From Gekko japonicus (Eukaryota), in assembly GCF_001447785.1 (NCBI RefSeq), contig NW_015161414.1:30768-94767 (forward strand): a stretch of DNA of 64,000 bases. The letters run 5' to 3'. Of this stretch, positions 40,005 to 50,424 are shown one piece after another; position 1 is the stretch's first letter; each line of letters begins with the position of its first letter. The notes beneath the pieces are model-generated. The model was not told the origin of the DNA. It made no database searches and saw only the letters and a program-made list of their open reading frames with translations. The position numbers and the translations under genes were made by a program.

Positions 40005-40885
40005 GATCTCGGTAAGAAATTGGATCAGTGCCTTAATATTGTATGTTACTGTTTGTCTTTCTATGAATGGAGATACTCCACCTTGGGGTTATACCCCATT
40101 GCTCCTAACTGCTTTAAATTTCTTTAAAATGCTGAAGAAGAGATTTGTTTATTCGAAACGAGTGAAATTAAATCCGGAAACCTTATCTTAGATTTCATAC
40201 TTTGGACTTTGGATGTCATCAGGGGTGATTTCCTGCAGGAGCGCACAGGAGCGGAGCTCCGGCAGTAAAGAGCCCAGGGGGCGGGCACATGCAACAAGCC
40301 CCACCCCCTGCTCCCAGCACCCCTCAGTCAGAGCAAGAAGCAGCCAGGTAAGTTGCAGAACCCCCCCAGTCCAAAACAGTCCAGTGGCACCTTTAAGACC
40401 ACGTTTTATTCAGGTACAAGCTCTCCCTCCTCTGCGAGGACAGATCTGCACGTTCCCCCCCCCCCCGATATTTAGCAATCCAAAACAGTCCAGTGGAGCC
40501 TGAGCGGTGGGTGTTGCCTTCTGGCACACTTTTGGTGATGTCAGGGGTTGTGGCATATGCAAAGAAATTATGCTAATGAGCTCCTGCACCTCCTTTTCTA
40601 CGAAATGACCCCTGGATCTCATACTCTGGACTGGGACCAGATCTATTTGAATATCTCATAACCTTTGCAGAATAGAACATTTTGATTGTTTACTTTCTAT
40701 CTACTTGCGAGTAATTAGTTTACTTTTTGTAAACTCATGATTTGAATTACTGTTACTTCTTTACTGCAATTATTTGGAATAGGTTTTATATTAGACGTAT
40801 AGTTTTGTTAAAAAATAATCACATTTATATTGAAATAATCACACTTTGTTTAAGGAAAAATATTTTTTTTGGTGCTTTCTTTCAC
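40005..40885 (+). mobile_element. Possible Penelope-like terminal repeat of a second family, split by the MITE at 40220-40614
   Basis: CTGAAGA(40132-40138)-16 nt-GAAACG motif followed by a T-rich UTR. Confidence 0.35.
40220..40614. mobile_element. Complete hAT MITE
   Basis: TIRs CAGGGGTGATTTC / GAAATGACCCCTG; 8-bp TSD gatgtcat / gatctcat. Confidence 0.9.
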
Positions 40886-41622
40886 AGTCATATTTTCTAT
40901 ATTTCTCTTCATGTTTGTTGACTATGGTTCCTCTAGTTGTACAATAGCAAGCAGCCAGGCTTAGTTCAGTCATGCAAGTTGAGTGGTATCAAGTCACTCA
41001 GAGGTTGCTCCAGATGACAGAGATCTCTCCCTGGAGAAAATGACTCCTTTGGAAGGTGGACTCCATGGGTTTATATCCAGCTGAGGCCTCTCCCCTCCCC
41101 AAATCCTCCCCTCCTCAGACTCTACCACCAACTCTCCAGGAATTTCCTAACCTGAAGCTTGCAGGCTTAGCCTGGCCCCAGTGAATCCTCCCTCGAAAGC
41201 CAAAACAGGCCTGGAAAGGGCCCTGCCTTTTACGGACAGAACCAAGCCTGGAATCTGTGGCTGCCTAACAACAGCCACTGAGGGAATCCCTTGCTTAAAG
41301 CTATGAGCACTCCTTTTATCATTTTTTGTGGTTTTTAAATCCCACTATATTGATAAGATTTCACATTTTTCTGCAAACCTCGGGCCCTTTTCAGGGTGGT
41401 AGAAAGATCTATCTTGGCCCTTCACGGCTCCAGTCTCTGGATTTAAGTATCCAAATATTGGCCGATTTCACTATTAGAATATAAAATAATGATCAAAAAA
41501 CCAAAATTAGTCAAAACAGGATATCCAAAACAATATACAGTCAGATTTAGTTTACTCCGTTGATTTGGATCAAAACATGTAACAAATAGGACTTTTGGAT
41601 AAGTGGATGAAATGAGTGAAGA

Positions 41623-42013
41623 CAGGGCTATTTTTGGGCTGGAACGCACAGGGAGTTCCGGCTGGCTCCCACGTTGGCCACACCCAGCAGGAACTCATTA
41701 GCATAATAGGCCACACCCAATGGCAGGAACTCATTAGGATTGGCTACATTAGGGGTGTGTGGCCTAACATGCAAAGAAGTTCCTGCTACAAAAAAAGCCC
41801 TGGGTTTTGACAATAAACAAAGTAAATAGAATAAGAAGCAAAAAGGTGGGTGTGGCTGGATGACCACACTTCTGGTAACATGGGGTGTGGCCTAATATGC
41901 TAATGCGATGTGCTATCAGGGTGTGTCCTAATATGCTAACGGGTTTCTGCTGTTGGGTGTGGCTTATTATGCTAATGAGTTCCTGCTGGGCTTTTTCTAC
42001 AAAAAAAGCCCTG
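41623..42013. mobile_element. Complete hAT MITE (CAGGGCT...AGCCCTG) with an internal duplicate terminus
   Basis: Perfect 8-bp TSD AGTGAAGA; extra CTACAAAAAAAGCCCTG at ~41786-41802. Confidence 0.9.
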
Positions 42014-42579
42014 AGTGAAGATTAAAATTGCTGAGCCACTTTGAAAAGCAGTGTTCACTTCAGATCTAATAGAAATTTTTCCATCTTTGTAGAAAGTGTA
42101 CTTTCTCAGCATGTAAGATTTTTACTGATGTTATCAGAAGAAGAATTATTGAAATAAAAGGATAAGTCCTTGGCTGGTCCTTTTAATGGCACTTCAAACA
42201 ATCCGTTTTGAAACAGGGGCACAGCATGCCACTCCCCCCATATATATGCACATATATGAGATACTTAAATCTTCATATCCTGGAAATCAAATCAGTTACA
42301 CTAGAACTGAAAGATAATATATATTTTAATGGCCTGGTCATTTACCTGGGCTAAGCTCCAAGATAGTAGACATATTGGTTTGTGATAATAAGTTATAATA
42401 AGAAAATATCCAGTAAAATGAAATTTAATGGTCCAGAGTTCCTGGATGTAAACAGTCTTGTGAATTCATCACATATGGAAGATCAGACTTCCAATCAATT
42501 GGGAGTATGTTCTCTAACCTTCCCTAAGGAACTTGGCTTTACAGCAAAGGAACTCAGTGCCTAGTTGTTTACTATGGAC

Positions 42580-43075
42580 AAGGTGTTTTTTATAGTATAT
42601 TTTATTGTTTTCCACATCACATGTTCATAACACAAATATCACACAATTTTGGAATGGTATACAAACTATTCCTTCCATTTTTACTCTATAGCACTGCCAG
42701 TGTCTACTTAATATAAATAAAATTATTTACTTATTCACTACCAGTGATTGCTTGTTAAACAATTACTTTAATTACTATCATTTAAACAGTGTCTATTTCT
42801 TCATAGTGGAGTTCTTGGAGGTTGGCACCTCACTTTGTGGCTTTGGAAGAATCCAAAGGGGGCCTTTTCCTTGGACACCTCCCTGTGGGAGGTGGTGGTG
42901 GGATTCCTTGCAAATGCCTTGCCTGCCCTGCTCCAGTCGTTTAAGTTTTAGTCTTTCTTTTCTCTCTATGAGGGCTCTAAAATGATAATTTCCTATTCCT
43001 TTATAGTCTTCAGAGGATCTTGAAAGTTCTTGTATAGTTCTTTAAGACACATCTCTACTGGGTTTTATTATGTAA
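42580..43075 (-). mobile_element. L1-like ORF1-end / inter-ORF fragment
   Basis: Minus strand is a purine-rich, K/E-rich remnant resembling the 44527-45105 ORF1 tail. Confidence 0.35.
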
Positions 43076-43077
43076 CT

Positions 43078-43490
43078 CAGAGGTCATTTCGGGGGGATCG
43101 CGGGGGATTGCAGTTCCCCCGGGTGAGGTATGGGGGGCGGGGCACATGACAAAGCCCCGCCCCCTGCTTCCGGCCGCCCTGCTTCCGGCCCTCATTCAGC
43201 CAGGAGGAGGCAGGAGAAGAGGGAGGGTAAGTTGCTTCCTCCCTGCCTCTCCCCACCCCTGCCTGGGGCCAGGGAGGGCCTTCGCGGGGCTTCCTTGCAC
43301 TCCCGCTGGCCTTGCAGGTCCATCGCTGGGCCCCTCATGGGGCTCGGTAGTGGAGCTGCAAGGCCGGCGGTGGTGGCCGGGACCGTTGGGGGTGGGGTGT
43401 GTGGCCTTATGACACACTTCCGGTGATGTCAGAGGGTGTGGCATATGCTAATGAGTTATGCTAATGAGTTCCCCTAGCTCTTTTTCTACG
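43078..43490. mobile_element. hAT MITE relative with GC-rich interior, right end truncated
   Basis: Starts CAGAGGTCATTTC; ends atgctaatgagttatgctaatgag..tttttctacg. Confidence 0.7.
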
Positions 43491-43491
43491 A

Positions 43492-43632
43492 GGAGCAGGG
43501 GTGGAAGCATTGTGGGAAGCCATTGGAGGGAGGGGAGGAACTGGGAATGGGGTAGACAATTGATAGAATGAAATGTTTTATATGTTGTATTCCTGAGAAA
43601 ATAAAATTTGTTTACCAAAAAAAAAAAAAAAA
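43492..43632 (+). mobile_element. L1-type 3' end with polyA tail
   Basis: G-rich tract, AATAAA, then a 16-A run at 43617-43632. Confidence 0.6.
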
Positions 43633-44526
43633 CTCTATTTACACTACCTAGTTCCCATAGGTACATACCAGGATCCGTGCGAGCCCATTAGTCCACGTTA
43701 GGATCCTACCAGTCTATTGTTCCTAGACCCGAAGGTCTGTTTGACTGCATGGCCAGGCTAACACTGGCGAGGCTATCTTAATACATAGCAGCCAGCAGCC
43801 AGGCGGGGCCTGGAGATCTCCCGCTTTTACAACTGATCTCCAGCTGACAGAGATCAGCTCCCCTGGAGAAAATGGCTGCTTTGGAGGGTGGACTCTATGG
43901 CATTGTACAATGCTGAGGTCCCTCCCCTCCCCAAACCCCGCCCTTTCCTGGATCCACCCCCAAAGTCTCCAGATATTTTCCAACCCAGACCTGGCAACCC
44001 TAGAAGGATTATGTTGGATTTTATGGTCAGCGTTCCCTCTAAGATGAGTTAGTGTGAGCTAGCTCACAGTTTTTTAGTCTCTGGCTCATCCATTTTTGTC
44101 TTAGCTCAGGAAGGATGGCTCCAGAGCAAACTAATTTATGCAGTAGCCAAATCGCTACTCTTTTCATCTCTGTAAACATAGCTTGGATGTCTTTTTTTTG
44201 TTATTGAGTCCTCACATTTTCTTTTGCCTGTTTGAGATGTTGCTTCTTCGTCTGTATCTGCTTCCAATGGGGGAGGAGACTCTTCCTCCGAAGACTGCAT
44301 TATTCTATCTGTTTGTTGAGGTTCTTTGGTGGGTTTTTTACCTCCTTTTGGCCGCCCCATTCCTCTCAATGAACAACTATTAGCTTTAGAGTCCTCTATT
44401 AATCTTGTTTTGACGTTTTTAGGAGCTCAGATGCAGAGGCTGCTTCAGTCTTGACCATGCAGAGTACTCGCGGTCACCAGAAACTCCTGGATCTATGTTC
44501 TTGAGGCCTGGTGGTGCCATGAAAAG

Positions 44527-45200
44527 GTGGACCCATGTGAAGCAGAAAAGTTAAGCGAAGAGATGGATTTGGCCTATAGAGCCTACTCCAACTTTATAAA
44601 GAAAAATAATCTGCTAGCGGAAGTGGTTGTTAAATTTACCAAACAACGCATCAGAGATCAAATTTTAAAAGCGACATCAGCAACGCCCTTGAAGATTGGA
44701 GAACAGACCATAAGGATTTTAAAAGATGTACCGTTTGAAATTTGGCAGAAGCGGAAGGCTTATAAAGAACTGACCACATTCTTGCAAAATCACCAAATTA
44801 ATTACAGATGGTTGATTCCAGAAGGACTCGTCTTTAAATTTAAAGACAAGAGAGAAAAGATAGACTCCATTTTCAAAGCACAAGACTTTTTGAAGAGACA
44901 CGCCAGTTCAGAGGACAAAGCAGAACTTGCTAAATGGAAGGTATTTAGCAGTGAAGAAGACAGCGGCTCAGAAGGAGGTGACAGGGAACCGGAGGAAAGA
45001 GGAGCGGTAGGAGGTGCTCCCTGCAACTTGAGAGACAAAAAAGGTAAAGAAGAAGGAAGATCGGCCATTCACAGAAGAAGCTATAAGATTAATATACTAA
45101 TTTAATCATCACTCACCACTATTCTTAATCCCTCTATATACCCTCCTTTTTTCTGAAAATTTTAAAAGCAATAAAATTATCTCCTTTTGAGGAGAGTTTT
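44527..45200 (+). mobile_element. L1 ORF1 C-terminal part (L1 transposase-22-like RRM/CTD)
   Basis: EVVVKFTKQRIRDQILK..IRILKDVP..KRKAYKELT..L....INYRWLIPEGL. Confidence 0.85.
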
Positions 45201-45214
45201 ATATATAAAAAAGG

Positions 45215-46190
45215 TGGACCCATGCTTTTTGTGGTACAATAGGTCACCATGGATGTGATATGTGATTTTTTGTTAACCCTACGTAAAACTTGTGAGGATC
45301 CATTCTTTGGATCCATGTTTCTACTCTGTGGCAGTGCCATGAAACAATGGATTTGTGAATTCTGTGGTGCAATCAATGGCTATGGATGTGGTAAGTAATT
45401 TTATGGTGAGTCTTGCATGACCTAACCTTAAAATCCATGCTTTGAATTCAGGTTTTTGTGCTGTGGCAGTGCCACAAGAGGTGGATCTGTGATTTTTGTG
45501 GTACAGTCTGTGGGGGTGGACATGATATACGATTTGATGGTGACTTTGGGGTGACCAAAAGTACAAATCACACAGATCCATGCTTCAGAACCACAGTTTT
45601 ATGCCATGGTGGTGCCATAAACCAGTGAATCCATGATTTTTGTGGTCCAAACTGACTTTGGATATGCGATATGATTTGCTAGTGAGTTTGGGGTGACCCA
45701 ATGCAAAAATCCTGAGGATCTGTGCTTTGAAACCATGTTTTTGTGCCATGGCAGTGCCACAAAGTAGTGGATCTGTGATTTTTATTGTGCGGACGTTGGA
45801 TATTGACATAATAACATGATTTGATGGTAAGTTTGGGATGACTCAATGCAAAAAACATAAGGCCCCATGCTTTTAAAGTGTATTTTTGTGCTCCAGCACT
45901 GCCACACAGTGGTGGATGCATGATATTTGTGTTGCAGCTTGTGGCCATGGATACATGTAACTGGATAATGAATTTGGTGTGACGAAACATGATCCATGAG
46001 GATCTGTGTTTCAGAACCACAATTTTGTGCCTTAGTGGCACCATAAGGCATTGAATCTATGATTTTTCTCATGTAATAAGGACATGATAACATAATTTGA
46101 TGGTGCAGTTCGGGTGATGCAAAGCAAAAACTGTGAGGATCCTTGCTTTGGAACTATGTTTTTGTGCCACGCTGGTGCTTTTGTGGTGTT
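45215..46190. repeat. Degenerate tandem array, ~140-bp unit, ~7 copies
   Basis: GTGCCA-like anchor at ~45334, 45469, 45612, 45754, 45899, 46037 and 46175; recurring GGATC(C/T)..TTTTTGTG and TTTGGGGTGAC. Confidence 0.85.
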
Positions 46191-46246
46191 GACTATAGTC
46201 TAAGTCATGATCTAGAATATGAAGGCAGTTTTTAAATTTTGTTTCA

Positions 46247-47816
46247 TGTAATACCAATACCCAGGGGTTCAAACCAATCAAGCCCCAAAAGGTTAACTCT
46301 GTTACCCTCAGCCACAAGCAAAGACAGTTGAGCACATTTCCCCTTAAATTTGACAGTAAACGTATCCCTCCCCGCCAACGGTATGCGCTTGCCCTGAAAA
46401 TCGGACACTTGTGTGTCCGCCGGCTTCAGCCGCCGTCGGCTCCTGGTGGGAAATAGCCGCTGCCACGTGTGTGCAGATAAAACGGTCACGGACGATCCCG
46501 AGTCGACCTCCATGCTGCACAGCACTCCATCAAGGTGGACGGTCACAAGGATCTTTCCGGCCCCTCCGACTCGTCGAACCGAAGGCTGGGACGACACGCT
46601 CGATGTCATCTGACAGCTGGCCTCCTGTTGTGCGGGTCGGGAACGTTGGTTCCTGGGGGAAGACTTTGAGGTTGGAGACTTCGGTGCTTTGCAAGCACGA
46701 GCGATGTGGCCCCGCCTACCACACGTTCTGCAGTCAACGTCCTTGGTCTAGCAGCGCTCCCGAGGATGCCTCCCGCCACAGCCGGTACACAATGGGCTGT
46801 TTGAAGTCTTCGCTGGGGTCCGCTTGTTCGCTTGCCTGCCGACAGCGCAGACGTCATTTTGAGCGCCTTCGCACTCAACGTCGGCCCCCTGGTGGTGGAC
46901 CCGCAGTTCTGTGGCGGCTAAACGTTGTCTCACCTCTCGGGTCGATTTGTCTGCGGCCTCGGCGGCGACAGCCTCTGAATAGGCATCGGCCCACGTTAGG
47001 GTCTTCTTCGCGAACAACCGCTGCTGCAGTCGTTCGTCTCGCATGCCGCACACCAGCCGGTCACGGAGGGCCTCCTCNNNNNNNNNNNNNNNNNNNNNNN
47101 NNNNNNNNNNNNNNNNNNNNNNNNNNNNNNNNNNNNNNNNNNNNNNNNNNNNNNNNNNNNNNNNNNNNNNNNNNNNNNNNNNNNNNNNNNNNNNNNNNNN
47201 NNNNNNNNNNNNNNNNNNNNNNNNNNNNNNNNNNNNNNNNNNNNNNNNNNNNNNNNNNNNNNNNNNNNNNNNNNNNNNNNNNNNNNNNNNNNNNNNNNNN
47301 NNNNNNNNNNNNNNNNNNNNNNNNNNNNNNNNNNNNNNNNNNNNNNNNNNNNNNNNNNNNNNNNNNNNNNNNNNNNGTCCGTCGTGGGGTTGGGACTAGC
47401 GGGGCTGCCTACCCGCTCTGGGATCCCATCCTCGTCGCCAATTGTTAAGTCCAGTGCTTAACAAAATAGTCAGAGAATGATTTCAGCAAAACTCAGGTTT
47501 ATTTCAGCTCGACGATCACTTCTCTAACACGGTACAACTTCTGATAGCCTGAACAGCTTTTCCATTGCAGCTGCTCGGTATTTAAACATTCCGGGCTAAT
47601 GTAGCCACACCTACTATACAATTATCAACCTATCAGGTTGAGCGCATAATGGACCAATCAGAGTCTTTCCCGCTTATATACATTTGAACCTGATTGGCCG
47701 CTTAAGTCTTGGACTTCAATCCTTGTTCAAGACGAAGCTTAACATAGCTTCCCAATTAGGTGTTTCACAATACACTTTAGGTATTCCTGGCAGCTTCAGA
47801 ATACACTACACTAACA
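46247..47816 (-). mobile_element. Young truncated Gypsy (Mag/K02A2.6-like): 5' LTR 47443-47816, PBS 47423-47440, gag with zinc knuckles, aspartic protease
   Basis: ATCCCATCCTCGTCGCCA matches the recalled tRNA-Ser(GCU) 3' 18 nt; TGTTA..TAACA LTR; CTGCGGRHPRERC knuckle; EVDSGSS...LLGLDWF protease; CpG-rich; N gap inside gag. Confidence 0.92.
47078..47376. other. Assembly gap (a smaller gap is at 4291-4308)
   Basis: Run of N. Confidence 1.
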
Positions 47817-47913
47817 CATGGCCTACGATATGATGGTGGTTTTATTTAGTTTCAGTGTAAAAATCATATGAATTCATGAGGATCCATTTAGATCCGACTT
47901 TTACCCAGACCCC

Positions 47914-48083
47914 AAATTTAGAGTCCAGTGGCACCTTTAGGACCAACAAAGGTTTATTCAAGGTATGAGCTTTCATGTGCAATGTACACTTTTTCAAATT
48001 TGAAAAAATGTGCCTTGAGCAGGAAAGCTCTTACCTTGAATAAACCTTTGTTGGTCTTAAGGGTGCCACTGGACTCTAAATTT
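47914..48083. mobile_element. Penelope pseudo-LTR-derived 170-bp zero-spacer palindrome
   Basis: Arms aaatttagagtccagtggcacc.. / ..ggtgccactggactctaaattt centred at 47998/47999; each arm has TTGAAAA-stem-GAAAGCTC. Confidence 0.8.
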
Positions 48084-48459
48084 ATTCTAACGATAGTTTA
48101 AGAATGCAAGGAAGGTGCAGCCACAATACATGGGTGTAGGAAAGGGATTTTGATAAGACTGGTATGGCACAAACGAATCATAATCGCCTTACAATGAGGA
48201 GCCTATAGTGGGTTCCTCAATAATTCCTTATTCATTCTCAAAACGGCGTCAGTATGCTTGCCAGTTCCTGGAGATTTGGCAGTGGAGTGTATTGAGGGAG
48301 GGGTTTAGGAAGGGAAGGACCTCAACAAGGTATAATGCCAGAGATTTCACCCTCCGAAGCAATAATTTTCTCCAGGGGAACTGATCTCTGTAGTCTGGAG
48401 ATTAGTAGTAATTTTGAGGATTTCCAAGTCCCACCTGGAGGTTGGCAACCCTAAGCGTC

Positions 48460-48960
48460 AGAGAGACCGAGACCGTGCTGCAGTTGCGAACCGCATAAAC
48501 ACACACTAAATGGCTCCTACCACAATCCCATTTAATATAACCCAACGAGAGTCCTGACAACAGAGGACGCAACTGAACGCAAAAGCCCCTTCAGGCAGGA
48601 CGGAGCCTTTTCAAAGGCAGCAGGCGCGGCCTTTCGGTCCTTTGTGTTCCTGTGACGTGTTTATGCTGCGTCAGTAGTGCCACTTCCAAGATGGCTGCCG
48701 GAGAGGTTTGGCGACCCGGAAGGTTTTTTTTGGCGAGTTGAAGAAAATGGCGTGGACTTGCTGTCCCCGTGTTTGGGTTAGACGGGAGTTATGGTGTAGT
48801 GGAACTCGGTCACGTAGGTACGATAACGCACCCCCTTCCGGAGGAGGCCGGTGGAGTTCTGGGGAACGAGTTTGGGATGGTGGACGAGGACTCCGTGGGC
48901 TAGCGGCCTTTAAAAGCGCTGCGATTTTGTCCAGAGCGTGGATGAGTAATTGCAACAAGA
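48460..48960 (+). promoter_or_regulatory. CpG-island promoter of the PARL-family gene with CRE-like, ETS/GABP-like and YY1 motifs
   Basis: Local CpG enrichment around exon 1; TGACGT at ~48653; CACTTCC at 48681-48687 overlapping CAAGATGGCTGCC (YY1-like) at 48687-48699. Confidence 0.7.
48747..48817 (+). CDS. PARL: PARL-family exon 1, Arg-rich mitochondrial presequence (MAWTCCPRVWVRRELWCSGTRSR)
   Basis: AAAATGG Kozak; MAW start as in human PARL; AG|GTACGA donor in phase 2 fits exon 2; lies within the CpG island. Confidence 0.8.
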
Positions 48961-49454
48961 TTGATTCTTTTGATTCTAGGTTTCCTAGACGTCATATTCT
49001 TAAGTAAATAGGCCCATGGTCGGGATTCAGATTCTACGCCTCTTTCCCCCTACCCCCCGATATAGGAAAGCGTGAGGAATATGAGAAACTGAGTGAAGGT
49101 GTTGAAGGGCTCATGCAGGCGTGGTTTAACTTTGGTAAAAACTGAGGAGGCTCCCCAGAGAAGAAATGTGAGCAGAAGTGTTATGAATCAAATGACCCGG
49201 GGCGGGGGGAGTTGCTCTGATCCTTTGTTCCCTTCTCATCAATTCTTGCAATTTGGACATTCAGATCTAGGCATTAGAGGTCCTGAATTTGTATAGTTTT
49301 TCTGAGTGAAAAATGGCAATGCAAATTTGCCCACAGATTGAACTCAGTTTCAAGGTTGTGTATCCTTGGGCCTAATCTGATCAAAGATACATGAAAAACG
49401 TTGCAGTTATTCACAATTAATTACGCAACTTAAGTCGTACTGGGGCATGTTGTG

Positions 49455-49680
49455 AGACGTGTGTGTATTATGTGCCATTAAGATTTCTCATTTATGAGGA
49501 CCCTATGAATTAATAACCTCAAAAATGTCCTATCATTAACACCTTTCTTGGGTCTTGCAAAACGAAGGCTATGACCGCCTTTATTTAGTCAATCCGTCTC
49601 ACGTCAGGTCTTCCTCTTTTCCTATTGCCTTTAACTTTTCCTAGTGTTTTGGTCTTTTTCAGTGTGAGAGGATGATATTT
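49455..49680 (-). mobile_element. RTE/BovB-like 3' fragment
   Basis: LKKTKTLGKVKGNRKRGRPDVRRID; (TG)n tail. Confidence 0.75.
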
Positions 49681-50424
49681 TTGTTGGGGAGGGGAAATAT
49701 ATGGGCCAAAGGAGAATAGGACTAAACGTTTTATTTTAACAAGGAGCTCATAATGAAGAAGCAAAATGAACAAGCCACTTTCTCGATATTCTTATCTTAA
49801 TGCAATTTAGTGTTATTTTTTCTACTTGTTGGATGCTTTTTATAAAGAATCATTTTAATACTTTCTAGTGAATTAATATAAAACATTTGTCTTTGTGTGC
49901 TGATGTTATGGGAGTGTGTGAGCAGTGGAGCAAAGAAAGAAATTATTTAGCCAAGGTCGGAGGCTGACCGCAAAGCTCTTATTTTATCTAGAATGTGTTC
50001 TTTAAAGGTCCTTTGATGGTGATGTGGGTTAACGTTTGTTTTCATGCTTTTCAAGATTCATTCTTGTAGCTCTTTGCATCTTGAAGTAGTGAAAATAACA
50101 TTTAAAAAAATTATATGTGGCAAAGCTAGATTCTAGTAATGGTCTCATGACTTTACAGGGCTCAGCAGATCTTTTGAAAGTGTACTGTACTTATAAACAT
50201 AGAGATTTCCTGTTAAGCGATCTCATGAGAACCATCAGGTGAAAAGCAGGATTACAAATGTATAGGTGAAAATGATGATAGTGTCAAGACAAATAGAGTC
50301 CTGTAGTATCAGCTGAACCCAGAAGATGTATTTCTTTGGTAGCACCTTCATCATTTAAGACAAAAAAAACCTGACCTACACAGTCACACTCAAAGTTAAA
50401 GAGGCAGATGAAGCTTTTGGAATG

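Noticed and set aside
43757-43772. Twister ribozyme-like CUAACACUG motif
   Set aside because: The downstream pseudoknot partners required for twister are not evident; kept only as part of the unexplained five-hairpin element.
44527-45105. L1TD1-like domesticated gene
   Set aside because: Only the C-terminal part of an L1 ORF1, no true ATG start, embedded in TE debris.
45215-46190. CRISPR-like array
   Set aside because: Eukaryotic context; whole units are homologous, with no unique spacers and no cas genes.
47423-47440. tRNA-Ser gene
   Set aside because: Only the 18-nt 3' end including CCA next to an LTR; it is a primer binding site.
46411-47448. 345-aa plus-strand ORF
   Set aside because: Antisense shadow of the GC-rich Gypsy ORF that runs through an N gap.
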